From IMG/VR virus record IMGVR_UViG_2703718856_000006, positions 1 through 30,141 of that record: DNA of 30,141 nucleotides; one strand, written 5' to 3'. Position 1 is the first letter of the stretch. Every line of letters starts with the position of its first letter. Positions 1 to 8,363 of the stretch are shown one piece after another. The DNA is from a virus (Duplodnaviria; Heunggongvirae; Uroviricota; Caudoviricetes). Under the pieces are notes generated by a model. It ran no database searches, was not told where the DNA came from, and saw nothing but the letters and a program-made list of their open reading frames with translations. The position numbers and the translations under genes were made by a program.

Positions 1-558
1 TCAGCTAGCTGGAAACTTTTTATACAGAGTTGAGAGCCCTACTCCATACGTTTTTGATACGCTTTGTCGTGATTCACCGGTTGCCATCCGCTCCCCCATT
101 TCCCGCCATTGCTCATCCGTGAACTTAGGCCTGCGACCACCAACTCGCCATTTTGCCCTGGCTACGGCCAGCCCTGCTAAGGTACGTTCGCTATTAAGAT
201 CAGATTCATATTGTGCTGCGGAAAGGATGTTACGAAAGTTATAGCGGCCGCTGGCTGTTTTGAGATCCACGCCATCGGTAATACTGCGGAAGTTGATACC
301 CTTTTCCTGTAACTGCTGGAACATCAACAGCGCATGCAGAACGTTGCGGCCTATCCTGTCCAGCTTCCACACCACCAGTGTATCGCCCGCATTCAGAGTC
401 CGCAGAAGCTTTTTGAGCGCTGGCCGGTTCGCTACCGTCCCGCTCATTTTTTCTTCAAAAACCTGTTCACATCCTGCGCGTTCGAGAGCTTGGCGCTGGA
501 GATCTGTATTTTGGTCATTTGTTGACACTCTGACATAGCCAATTTGCATATTTTTCAC
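1..558 (-). CDS. Serine DNA invertase (Gin/Pin/Hin/Cin family site-specific recombinase)
   Basis: Translation contains the N-terminal catalytic motif IGYVRVSTNDQNTDLQR and a C-terminal HTH (GVGLSTLYKKFPA), near-colinear with Mu Gin as recalled. Two in-frame ATGs (558 and 549); the second gives MQIGYVRVS, matching the Gin N-terminus. Lies directly beside an inverted-repeat-bounded segment. Confidence 0.9.
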   Translation of the reverse strand: MKNMQIGYVRVSTNDQNTDLQRQALERAGCEQVFEEKMSGTVANRPALKKLLRTLNAGDTLVVWKLDRIGRNVLHALLMFQQLQEKGINFRSITDGVDLKTASGRYNFRNILSAAQYESDLNSERTLAGLAVARAKWRVGGRRPKFTDEQWREMGERMATGESRQSVSKTYGVGLSTLYKKFPAS

Positions 559-583
559 CCAATAAATTCTGCAAAAAAATCAG

Positions 584-1462
584 GTGAAGTTATCGGCCAG
601 GCCGGCCCGTGGCAATCTATTAAACGTCGGTTTAGGAGATAGCGTCACAGCCAACTTCGGAAGCCTCGAGATTGGTGCAAAAAAAGCCTCTTCTGCAAGC
701 TTCATCGATTTTCATTTTCTTGGCACCAACGACTATGACGCACGCATCCTTTGTGGCGGCAATTCTAATGGCGCCATGGGGAAAGGAGACCTCACATTTT
801 ACGCAGGGAAATACGTTTTTATCGGCGATAGCTTTGAATTTCGTAATCCAATTACCTGCCAGAACAGCATCAGCGCATCGGCAAAAATAGCGACGACTGC
901 TGATATGGAATGCAAAACTAAAATTGCTGTTTTGGCCCCAGCTGACAATCAAGATGCCCATGTGTGGTTCTATGGCACAGGTGGGGCATCCAGGGGAGTT
1001 ATTTATTCCAGGCAAACAGGAATTATTCAGATCCGTCCTGACAACAATGATAATGGGGGCTCCAACGGATACTCTTTTGCATTTGGGGCTGATGGTAAGT
1101 TCACCTGCGTCACGATGAATCAGACTTCGGATGAACGAGTTAAATTCGACAAAGAGCCCGTCAGTAACGCTCTGGAGAAGATTTGTTCCCTGACGGGTTA
1201 TACGTTCGGCATCCAGTTGACTGAATCGGAATCGGTGCACAGCGCAGGCATCATCGCTCAGGATTTGGAAAAAGTGTTGCCCGTTGCTGTAAGTGCTGGC
1301 GCAAACGGCATTACTCCGACCGGAGAAGAGATTAACGATCTCAAAACCGTGGATTACAGCGCAATGAGCGCACTGTATGTGGAAGCGATTAAGGAGCTCT
1401 ACGACAGGGTAAGGAGCATGGAAAATGAGTTGGCTAATCTACAAGTTCGTTCAGGAGGCTAG
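584..1462 (+). CDS. Tail-fibre distal module B with C-terminal intramolecular chaperone-like domain (S74-like)
   Basis: 292-aa frame, open from 566 and starting at GTG 584 in the ORF track; first ATG is codon 65. C-terminal region has SDERVKFDKEP followed by AGIIAQDLEKVLPV and YVEAIKELYDRVRSMENELANLQ, recalled as the endosialidase-type self-cleaving chaperone pattern. Frame reads through site L. Confidence 0.6.
   Translation: MKLSARPARGNLLNVGLGDSVTANFGSLEIGAKKASSASFIDFHFLGTNDYDARILCGGNSNGAMGKGDLTFYAGKYVFIGDSFEFRNPITCQNSISASAKIATTADMECKTKIAVLAPADNQDAHVWFYGTGGASRGVIYSRQTGIIQIRPDNNDNGGSNGYSFAFGADGKFTCVTMNQTSDERVKFDKEPVSNALEKICSLTGYTFGIQLTESESVHSAGIIAQDLEKVLPVAVSAGANGITPTGEEINDLKTVDYSAMSALYVEAIKELYDRVRSMENELANLQVRSGG
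621..637. repeat. Left crossover site of invertible segment (gix/hix-like)
   Basis: Plus strand TAAACGTCGGTTTAGGA. Positions 626-637 (GTCGGTTTAGGA) are the exact reverse complement of 2139-2150; the match extends to 16 of 17 bp against 2139-2155. The AAACC core resembles Gin/Hin half-sites. 63 bp from the invertase start. Confidence 0.75.
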
Positions 1463-2150
1463 ATTTACTTGCCCGAGCCTGAAGTTGTAAAAGCTTTCAT
1501 TGCCTGTTCCAAACTAGCCAGCCGCTCCTCATGCCGATGAATCGTTTTCATTGCTACTTGTAACGCACAAAGGAGGTCAAGGATAATCGCGTTATTATCG
1601 AGAACAAGCCTTTCCCTATAGCCATGGGTAATTTTATTCCCTTCTTCATCAAACTCCTCTGTGCCGTCAGGTTCTCGGGTGTGCTTGACGTACAGAGGCT
1701 CAACCAGCTCCGCTTGTTGTGCGATAATCCCCCTCCGCACTCTCCGTTTTTCATCATCAATGTACTTAAATTTTCGCAGTTCCAGCGCTAGTATTTTTTC
1801 CACGGACTCCTGCCCGTCAAACTCCTCAATATCGCATTTGAAATTGATATCTGAGGTTCCAGCTAAAGCCAGTGTGCCCCCTGCAGCTGGGAAATTAATA
1901 ACCCATTGTCCTACCGAGTTTATGCGATTGCGACGCGCTATATAAAATAGAGGTGTTGCTCCAGGGTCGCCACCGGCCATTTCAATAAGATTTGTACTAC
2001 CTACAGCATCTTCATTATTTGACAAAGAAGTCAGGCTAAATGATGCATATGAAGCACTTTTTCTTACCGCCAGATTGTCACTAAACGTATTCCCCTTGTT
2101 TGTCATGGCAAGATAGGAACCATCCAAAAGCGCAGCTGTTCCTAAACCGA
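626..2150. other. Putative invertible DNA segment (~1.5 kb) carrying two alternative tail-fibre tip modules
   Basis: Bounded by the inverted repeats, adjacent to a Gin-family invertase, and contains two convergent ORFs with fibre-tip features. The reading frame passes through the site in both orientations, and both copies encode VGLG. Confidence 0.7.
1465..2127 (-). CDS. Tail-fibre distal module A with C-terminal chaperone-like domain
   Basis: ORF track starts at TTG 2127; first ATG at 2106-2104 (MTNKGNTF...). C-terminal DDEKRRVRRGIIAQQAELVEPLYVK ... LASLEQAMK parallels module B. Frame is open from 2157 through site R. Converges tail-to-tail with module B (stops 3 bp apart). Confidence 0.6.
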   Translation of the reverse strand: MDGSYLAMTNKGNTFSDNLAVRKSASYASFSLTSLSNNEDAVGSTNLIEMAGGDPGATPLFYIARRNRINSVGQWVINFPAAGGTLALAGTSDINFKCDIEEFDGQESVEKILALELRKFKYIDDEKRRVRRGIIAQQAELVEPLYVKHTREPDGTEEFDEEGNKITHGYRERLVLDNNAIILDLLCALQVAMKTIHRHEERLASLEQAMKAFTTSGSGK

Positions 2151-2155
2151 CCTTT
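2139..2155. repeat. Right crossover site of invertible segment (gix/hix-like)
   Basis: Plus strand TCCTAAACCGACCTTTA, inverted partner of 621-637 (12/12 perfect core, 16/17 extended). Confidence 0.75.
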
Positions 2156-2207
2156 AGTCACCATCACCGGCAGTCATGGCCAGCTCCGCAGCTCTCATTC
2201 TTTGGTT

Positions 2208-3446
2208 TTACAAAGAATCGGCAGGCATTTCGACACGCACGGACACAAACTGGTCACGGGGGATATCGACCGGGTCGCCATCATTGATACCCTGTAGCTC
2301 GTTCCTGGCGAACGCCGGTGCTTCCGGGTGTGTACGGTGATAGGTTTTCACCAGCACAGAACCGTCCGCATTAACTTCATAATCGAGCCAAATCAGCGGC
2401 TGCTTGTTGCGGTCAGTGGGGATATCAAAACCGCCGTCTATGCCTCCCCACGCGGCATCAGCATTAAGCCCCATACAGCCTTCAATGAGATATGCTCCGG
2501 TATTAATACGGGTTACAGTGCATCCTGCTGACTCATCATTCAAATGGAATGAACCATCGCTAAATATTTTGACGACTGGCGATGCTACTTTTAGTGTGCC
2601 GTCACTGGCCTTTGTAGTATTTCCTGTGCTGTAAAATTCGACAAGTTGCCCGTTATAAGTCGCATCACTACTCAACGTTCTTAAGTACAACTTGGGCTTT
2701 GTGGCGATAATAGTTGGGATGATTAACTGATACATGGTGTTGGCATCATACGGCACTTCGATCAACGAAACGTTATTGTCTATGCCACCAAGTAACATTA
2801 ATGCTCGATAGAACCCAGCCCCTACGCGGTCATCCTGATGAATCCTATTCATACCATTGCTGCCGACCCCGAAATCTCCGACTGCGAGCATTGAACCAGA
2901 AGTGCTATACGCGTCACGAGTGGCGCTACTTCCTAAACCGAGGTTTGTGCGAGCGGCTTCTTTGGTTTTTGCGCCGGTCCCACCCTGGTCAATACTCAAT
3001 GCTGTACTTAGCCCTTTCAGCTCTGTGATATCGCTATTTGCCCCTTTCCGGGCGAGACCACCGATGGCAGGAATGCTGAGGCTGGTGCCGTTGATTGTCA
3101 CAGTGACCAGTTGGTTCGCTGAGGTACTGGCGAACGTTTCCCACGCACCGATATTCTCGTCATACTCATTGATGAGCTGAGACATGGCCTGTGCCAGTCC
3201 ATCAACCGAGATAATGTCTGATACCAGAATGCCGTACTTCTGGCCGCTCAGCGCCGGGGAAGCAGCTGGAGTAACCGTCATTGACGTGGCGCTGTTCACG
3301 GATGAAATCTGAAACAGCTGCACCGGGTTAGACATCACGATAATCGTCTGGCCAGCGCGGACCTGGCTGGCCGGTGCCGTCCAGTTTGTACCCGTCCCGG
3401 TGGCGGTATTTCCATTAATGGCGATGGTGCCGGTGTTATAAAGCAT
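2208..3446 (-). CDS. Side tail fibre protein (Stf-like)
   Basis: ORF track gives 2208..3461 from TTG; the ATG at 3446 (MLYNTGTIAINGNTATGTGTNWT) has a GGAG Shine-Dalgarno 5 nt upstream. Contains the fibre-typical IDQGGTGAKTKEAARTNLGLG motif. TAA stop at 2208-2210. Confidence 0.75.
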   Translation of the reverse strand: MLYNTGTIAINGNTATGTGTNWTAPASQVRAGQTIIVMSNPVQLFQISSVNSATSMTVTPAASPALSGQKYGILVSDIISVDGLAQAMSQLINEYDENIGAWETFASTSANQLVTVTINGTSLSIPAIGGLARKGANSDITELKGLSTALSIDQGGTGAKTKEAARTNLGLGSSATRDAYSTSGSMLAVGDFGVGSNGMNRIHQDDRVGAGFYRALMLLGGIDNNVSLIEVPYDANTMYQLIIPTIIATKPKLYLRTLSSDATYNGQLVEFYSTGNTTKASDGTLKVASPVVKIFSDGSFHLNDESAGCTVTRINTGAYLIEGCMGLNADAAWGGIDGGFDIPTDRNKQPLIWLDYEVNADGSVLVKTYHRTHPEAPAFARNELQGINDGDPVDIPRDQFVSVRVEMPADSL

Positions 3447-3462
3447 ATTTTCTCCAGGCAAT

Positions 3463-3485
3463 AAAAAAACCCCGCCGGAGCGAGG
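3463..3485 (-). terminator. Rho-independent terminator between lipoprotein gene and stf
   Basis: Minus-strand RNA CCUCGC-UCCG-GCGGGG (6-bp stem with one G-U) followed by U7; sits 17 nt upstream of the stf ATG. Confidence 0.55.
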
Positions 3486-3506
3486 TTTATGTTTAAGCGT
3501 AGTGGG

Positions 3507-3740
3507 TTATTTGCAGGTTGTTTCGGTAAATGTATTCGCACTTACCCAGCGCCAGCTGAAAGGATATCCAGCCCGGTACTGCGTCTGGTTGTTTTGTTTA
3601 CGCACACCGTAAATCTGAACCGTAGTTTCCTGACCGCCAACGATTGCAGTGCCGCTGCAAACTGGTTCCTGTTTCTCAATTACGCCAGCGCATCCTGTAA
3701 GCATGACAGCGCCTGCCATGCAGATAATCAGTTTTCTCAT
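3507..3740 (-). CDS. Small lipoprotein, possibly Cor/Llp-like superinfection-exclusion protein
   Basis: 77 aa with signal peptide MRKLIICMAGAVMLTGC and lipobox LTGC. Lies between J and stf, where phi80/HK022-type phages carry cor. The functional assignment is inference from position and size. Confidence 0.5.
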   Translation of the reverse strand: MRKLIICMAGAVMLTGCAGVIEKQEPVCSGTAIVGGQETTVQIYGVRKQNNQTQYRAGYPFSWRWVSANTFTETTCK

Positions 3741-3851
3741 TTTGATAGTATCCAGAGGAATTCAGTATCTTAGACGATAACAATACAATTCTGGTGGGTA
3801 TAATTGATTGGATAGATCAATATTATGTTATTGATCGCTAAAAACGATCAA

Positions 3852-4526
3852 TCAATCATAGGCCGCTGTATTTATGGCGGTTAATGAAATGCCAGTATTC
3901 GTTCCCCCTCCAGGTGAACCTGCCCCAGTGGAGGTCCCCCCTGCGTTTATCCTCGTATTGGCCCCGTCAAACCTGCATGAAGAATAAGCATTTATCGTGT
4001 AGATAGTCGGAGGCTGGGTTGAATTATTCACAATGATGGTCTGACCCAACTGAGCAGGTGCAACGGCCCATGACCCGCTCAGCGTCTGGTCAATATTTAT
4101 CCCGCCGTTTGCACCAGGCGTGCCAACCGTCTGCAGGTCTGATAGCACACGGGACTCATTAGTTAACACAAGCTTTCCGCTCGCATCCCATATTGCCAAA
4201 CCCCATTTCGGTAATATCTGCGGGAATATGGCAAAAACGTACGCCGTTAAAGTGAAACTTTGGTTGTAGGGATTAACACCAGCAACATACACATTACCGC
4301 CGTTCCTGTAAGACATAACCGGAGTGGGCTGTGCTGTATTGGTGGTTTTGATAAAAACCATCACTGGGTAATCAGCGTTTAAAGCGATATTTTGAGCAAC
4401 CTGCTGAGAACTGCCATTCGCGGATGAATTGAAGGTATACTTCCCGTAAAGACAGAAAGGCGTTGATTGTGGCGTTACAAAGGGATTCCCGTTATCCATT
4501 AATATCATCGCGCCAAATTCGGCCAT
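3852..4526 (-). CDS. Hypothetical protein (224 aa), paralogue of the upstream 100-aa ORF
   Basis: Long ORF in operon orientation with ATGA overlap to the upstream gene; shares the W-D-A-S-G ... SGSW motif with it. Confidence 0.55.
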   Translation of the reverse strand: MAEFGAMILMDNGNPFVTPQSTPFCLYGKYTFNSSANGSSQQVAQNIALNADYPVMVFIKTTNTAQPTPVMSYRNGGNVYVAGVNPYNQSFTLTAYVFAIFPQILPKWGLAIWDASGKLVLTNESRVLSDLQTVGTPGANGGINIDQTLSGSWAVAPAQLGQTIIVNNSTQPPTIYTINAYSSCRFDGANTRINAGGTSTGAGSPGGGTNTGISLTAINTAAYD

Positions 4527-4828
4527 TATGCTTTCTCCATGAAAACGACCACCTCACATTTAGAGGCCGGGTAATTACCCAGGCCCACAGAAGAGGCTGC
4601 GGTTACGGTTATTGTGTTCCCTGACGCGACAATGCTCCTCCCTACGCTGTTACCTCCTTCATCAAGTGAGAGCGCAAAACCGACCTTCATTCCTGAGGGT
4701 ACAGTGAAAGACCAGCTGCCGGAGTTTTGTCCGGCGGCAAGTTGTATACGTCCAACAACGGAAACGGGCTTGATTCCGTAGTTGTTGGGGTTTCCCGAAG
4801 CATCCCAGGTCTGTATTCCATAAGCCAT
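4526..4828 (-). CDS. Hypothetical protein (100 aa) downstream of J
   Basis: Starts 2 bp after the J stop; contains QTWDASGNPNNYG and SGSWSF, paralogous to the following ORF. Confidence 0.5.
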   Translation of the reverse strand: MAYGIQTWDASGNPNNYGIKPVSVVGRIQLAAGQNSGSWSFTVPSGMKVGFALSLDEGGNSVGRSIVASGNTITVTAASSVGLGNYPASKCEVVVFMEKA

Positions 4829-4829
4829 A

Positions 4830-7800
4830 TCAGAACACCCCCGTTAATCGGCCAACCTGCACTCTCAGAACGTTGTTGCCATCCTTGACGCTGATTGTCT
4901 GGTTGGTCTGCTTCATGGCTCCCTCCCCAGCTGTCGAACCGTAGTTCTCAAACGTCCCGGACTTATCCAGTTTCCAGCCAACAGAGCCGGCAACATAATT
5001 GTTCGACTGGATGTAATTGCCAATTTTTGCATTGCTTATGGTCCCGTCGCCAATGACTGTATCCCTGATAATGGCCTGGCCATTCTGGATAACGAACGGC
5101 AGTGTTACAGTCCCGCCGACCATAGTAGTCACGGCGAAACGGTCTGCCAGGAAGATTACCTGTGACTGCATGCCGGAGGGTGTATTTTGAACCCCTATAC
5201 CCATCCCGGCAGCGTAATACTGCCCGTTACTGGACACCCCCACCTTGATGTTATACATCGCGCTGAGGTTACCGTTTACATCTGCTATAGCCTGTGCGTT
5301 GACGTTTATCGCTGCACTGTTTTCGCCTGATTTAACAGTCAGAGTGTTGATTTTTGTTGCCGAAGCCTGGGTGAAATCAGCAAGAGTTTCTGTCAGGTCC
5401 GTTGAGTTAGAGATATTGCCACCAGCTTCTGCATCCAGTGTGACCAGCGCGCGTGCGACCGCCTGGCTGGTATCGGCAATCGTAGTATCCACTCTGTCTA
5501 TACTGGCACTGTTCCCGGCGTTTGTTGCTGTCTGGGAACGACGACTGACAACCTGCGCCAGCCCATTCTGGATTATCGCAATTGCCGAATTCTTCACGCC
5601 TCCTGTCATACCGTCCATTGAAACGGAAATCTCATCGATTTTTACCGCCGCCTGCGCCAGCCCGTCAGCGTTTTCCTGTATATCTTTCGCCTGCTGCTCC
5701 AGCTCGTCTGCATGGTTTTTGATTTCGTCAGCCATGCCAGCAATTTTTTCGTTGCTGTCCACCGCGTTCTCGATCAGGTCTTTGAACGTTTCCGACTCTT
5801 TCATATCCTCCAGAATGTCATTAGTTATTTCGCTGACATCTATCGAGGACGTGCCCATGATCCAGTCGGTCCAGTCCCCGGCGTTACCGATACGGTCAAT
5901 CAGGCGCGCGCGGTACCACTGGCGAACGCCGGCAGGCATGGGGCCATGCTGATAATCTGCAGCCGGGTACGGCACCAGGACCAGCAGTTCAGGATTGGCG
6001 TAGTCGGCAGTTGTGGCGCGCTGAATCTCTGTATAGGCCGTGTCGCCTGAGCCATCCGGAAATTTCCAGGTCAGGTCGATATGCCAGACCACATCTTCGG
6101 TCGCCAGGAAGTTGAGCGGAGTACCCGGTTTTCCCGTTTTACCGGAGAGATAAGTTGTTTCACCGTATCCCCATGGTGACGACGTATCCTGCGCATTCAG
6201 CGCCCGTACGCGCACGTCATAGCTGCCCGAATAAATGCCCTGAACCGAGAAACCCTGCGCGCTGGTAACCGGAACGTTTATCCAGTCCCCGTTGTCCTTA
6301 CGCCACTGGGCAACATACCGGATTGCGCCCTCTACCTTATCCCATGACACGTCCAGGCTTGCTACAGTCAGCCCCTGAGACACATGATCGCTCTCAGTCA
6401 CCACGATATTCTTCGGAGCAGACAGGACGCTTATCGGCGTGACGGTGATCGGGGGAGACTCGACCCGAACGCCGTCATCGATGTAACGATATTTGTTTGG
6501 ATCGTGCTGAACGGCCGTAATAGTGAAACCGCCTGTACTGTCGTCGTTAGCCGCGATTGAGGTGACCCTGAAGTACTGTATTGCGAGGTTATCACTGTCT
6601 ATCGCCCAAACAGCGCCCGCCACAGGAACCTGACTGAATGCCGTAGCCACCGTCACCGTTTTTTTATCGGCGCTCACCGCGCTGATTGTCCGCGTCTGGG
6701 CTTTTCCGTCGGGAAGGTTAACCACCAGCCGGTCTTTCGCCGCGTAGTCTATTTCTCGATCGAGGGTAATTTGGCGGCCGTTGGCCGCGCTTATACGGCC
6801 CCCGTTCTCCTTACCAGAGCGGAAAGGATCGGCGACACCGATAATTTCAGCGGGCAAAGGGATATAACCGTCCAGCCCCACGCCAAACGATACGGTCCCG
6901 TCTTTGGCATTGGAGAGCAATACCCAGCGACCGCGTCGGTGCGCTTCACTTTGCGAGGTGCAGCCGATTGCGGTCAGGGACGTCTGCCGGACGTCGTAAC
7001 GTTCTACAAGCGCCGAATCGTAAACCCCCTCAACGGTATCGCTGTAATGGTTCTGCGGATCGGACCAGGACACCAGGCAGGAGCTGTAGCGATTCTTGTA
7101 TGAGCCGCCCGCATAAGTAAACAGCCCATCGATAACGTTTGAGACGTTATAAACCCAGTCAACATCGTCCTGCGGGACGTCTGCCTGGACATAAATCTGA
7201 TCGTTGCCCCAGAACGTTATTCCACGAAATACCGCGGCGAGATCGTTAAGTACCTGCCAGGCGTCCTCCTGGCTCTGAATGAAAACGTTGCAGGTGAAAC
7301 GCGGTTCGGTGCCACCGGCCCCGTCGGAAACCATTTCGTCACAGTACTGGGCGATTGAATACAGCGCCCACTTATCCACCATGGACGCATCCACGCGCGT
7401 GCCCATGCCGTAAATTTCATCCAGAACCAGATCGTAAAAGATCCAGGCAGGGTTATTGGACCATGCCATTTTGAACCCGCCGGACCATGAACCAGAATAG
7501 GTTCGGGTTTTCGGATCGTAATTATCCGGAACCTTAATCAGCTTGCCTTTTATCTTACAGGTCACTTTCGGCGCGCTGCCGTTGAATTGGCTGCTGTCCA
7601 CTTCGACATACAGGAGCGCTGTTAAAGGATAACGAAGCTTGCTGTCGATGACTTCCGCATACGAAAACACCTTGAAGGCGTTAACCAGTTTCGAATTTGA
7701 TCCGCTGGCATCAGCCGTAATACGCCTGACCCTGACAGACCAGCCGGACGTGGATTTTGGCAGATCGATACGGTGGTCACGCTGATATTCCGTCGTGGTC

Positions 7801-8321
7801 TTTCCGTCAAACTTGCCGTTTACAACCGTTTTCCAGGCGCCGCCGTCCGTTGATAAATCGATCGCATACTCGGTGACCGTGCCCACCATATCGCCATTAT
7901 CTTTATAGAGATACTGGACCGGAAGGCTGAGCTTGATACGGATGGCATCCAGGGAAAGGTTTGTAAACTGGCGCGTCCAGGGCGCGGTGGTGGTGACAGT
8001 TGTGCCCACGGCCAGCTCGTTGTCGACCTGGGGCATCCCGGCAATATAGGTCTGGTCCTGTGTGCCCTTGCGGAACTCCCATTTCACGCCGCTGAAGTTG
8101 TATTCCCCGCTGTCGTTTGCCAGCGGCGTATCGTTGAGAAAAATGTTCTGAGCGGTCAGGTCGCCCTGTATTTCCCCCTCAGAAACGGCAATGAGCATTT
8201 TTAATTTTGCGACCGACAGCAGATCGTCAGGCTGCTCAACCGGAGTATGTGAACTGCCACCTCCCCCTTTGGCACCCTGCAGGATGGTTTCTTGTTTAAG
8301 AAGCTGCATTTTTTCACCCAT
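4830..8321 (-). CDS. J: Host specificity / central tail fibre protein J
   Basis: 1163 aa; N-terminus (GSSHTPVEQPDDLLSVAKL...SEGEIQG) and conserved internal blocks (GGTEPRFTCN, FTITAVQHDPNKY) match lambda gpJ as recalled. Position after I. Confidence 0.9.
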   Translation of the reverse strand: MGEKMQLLKQETILQGAKGGGGSSHTPVEQPDDLLSVAKLKMLIAVSEGEIQGDLTAQNIFLNDTPLANDSGEYNFSGVKWEFRKGTQDQTYIAGMPQVDNELAVGTTVTTTAPWTRQFTNLSLDAIRIKLSLPVQYLYKDNGDMVGTVTEYAIDLSTDGGAWKTVVNGKFDGKTTTEYQRDHRIDLPKSTSGWSVRVRRITADASGSNSKLVNAFKVFSYAEVIDSKLRYPLTALLYVEVDSSQFNGSAPKVTCKIKGKLIKVPDNYDPKTRTYSGSWSGGFKMAWSNNPAWIFYDLVLDEIYGMGTRVDASMVDKWALYSIAQYCDEMVSDGAGGTEPRFTCNVFIQSQEDAWQVLNDLAAVFRGITFWGNDQIYVQADVPQDDVDWVYNVSNVIDGLFTYAGGSYKNRYSSCLVSWSDPQNHYSDTVEGVYDSALVERYDVRQTSLTAIGCTSQSEAHRRGRWVLLSNAKDGTVSFGVGLDGYIPLPAEIIGVADPFRSGKENGGRISAANGRQITLDREIDYAAKDRLVVNLPDGKAQTRTISAVSADKKTVTVATAFSQVPVAGAVWAIDSDNLAIQYFRVTSIAANDDSTGGFTITAVQHDPNKYRYIDDGVRVESPPITVTPISVLSAPKNIVVTESDHVSQGLTVASLDVSWDKVEGAIRYVAQWRKDNGDWINVPVTSAQGFSVQGIYSGSYDVRVRALNAQDTSSPWGYGETTYLSGKTGKPGTPLNFLATEDVVWHIDLTWKFPDGSGDTAYTEIQRATTADYANPELLVLVPYPAADYQHGPMPAGVRQWYRARLIDRIGNAGDWTDWIMGTSSIDVSEITNDILEDMKESETFKDLIENAVDSNEKIAGMADEIKNHADELEQQAKDIQENADGLAQAAVKIDEISVSMDGMTGGVKNSAIAIIQNGLAQVVSRRSQTATNAGNSASIDRVDTTIADTSQAVARALVTLDAEAGGNISNSTDLTETLADFTQASATKINTLTVKSGENSAAINVNAQAIADVNGNLSAMYNIKVGVSSNGQYYAAGMGIGVQNTPSGMQSQVIFLADRFAVTTMVGGTVTLPFVIQNGQAIIRDTVIGDGTISNAKIGNYIQSNNYVAGSVGWKLDKSGTFENYGSTAGEGAMKQTNQTISVKDGNNVLRVQVGRLTGVF

Positions 8322-8363
8322 AAAAAAAGGTGCCGAAGCACCTTTAAGTTAGTGGCCGCTGGC

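Noticed and set aside
2424-2445. Possible third crossover-like site inside stf (ATCAAAACCGCCGTCTAT)
   Set aside because: Shares only the AAACCG core with the two flanking sites; the rest diverges, and the sequence is simply the codons for DGGFDI.
3489-3773. Plus-strand 94-aa ORF opposite the lipoprotein gene
   Set aside because: Fully antisense to the lipoprotein ORF, which has a convincing signal peptide and lipobox.
5245-5952. Plus-strand ORFs of 60-255 aa inside J, H, the capsid gene and the terminase gene (e.g. 5245-5952, 11539-12306, 17991-18671, 18672-19364, 21692-22330)
   Set aside because: Antisense shadow ORFs within long, well-supported minus-strand genes; low-complexity translations with no recognisable motifs.
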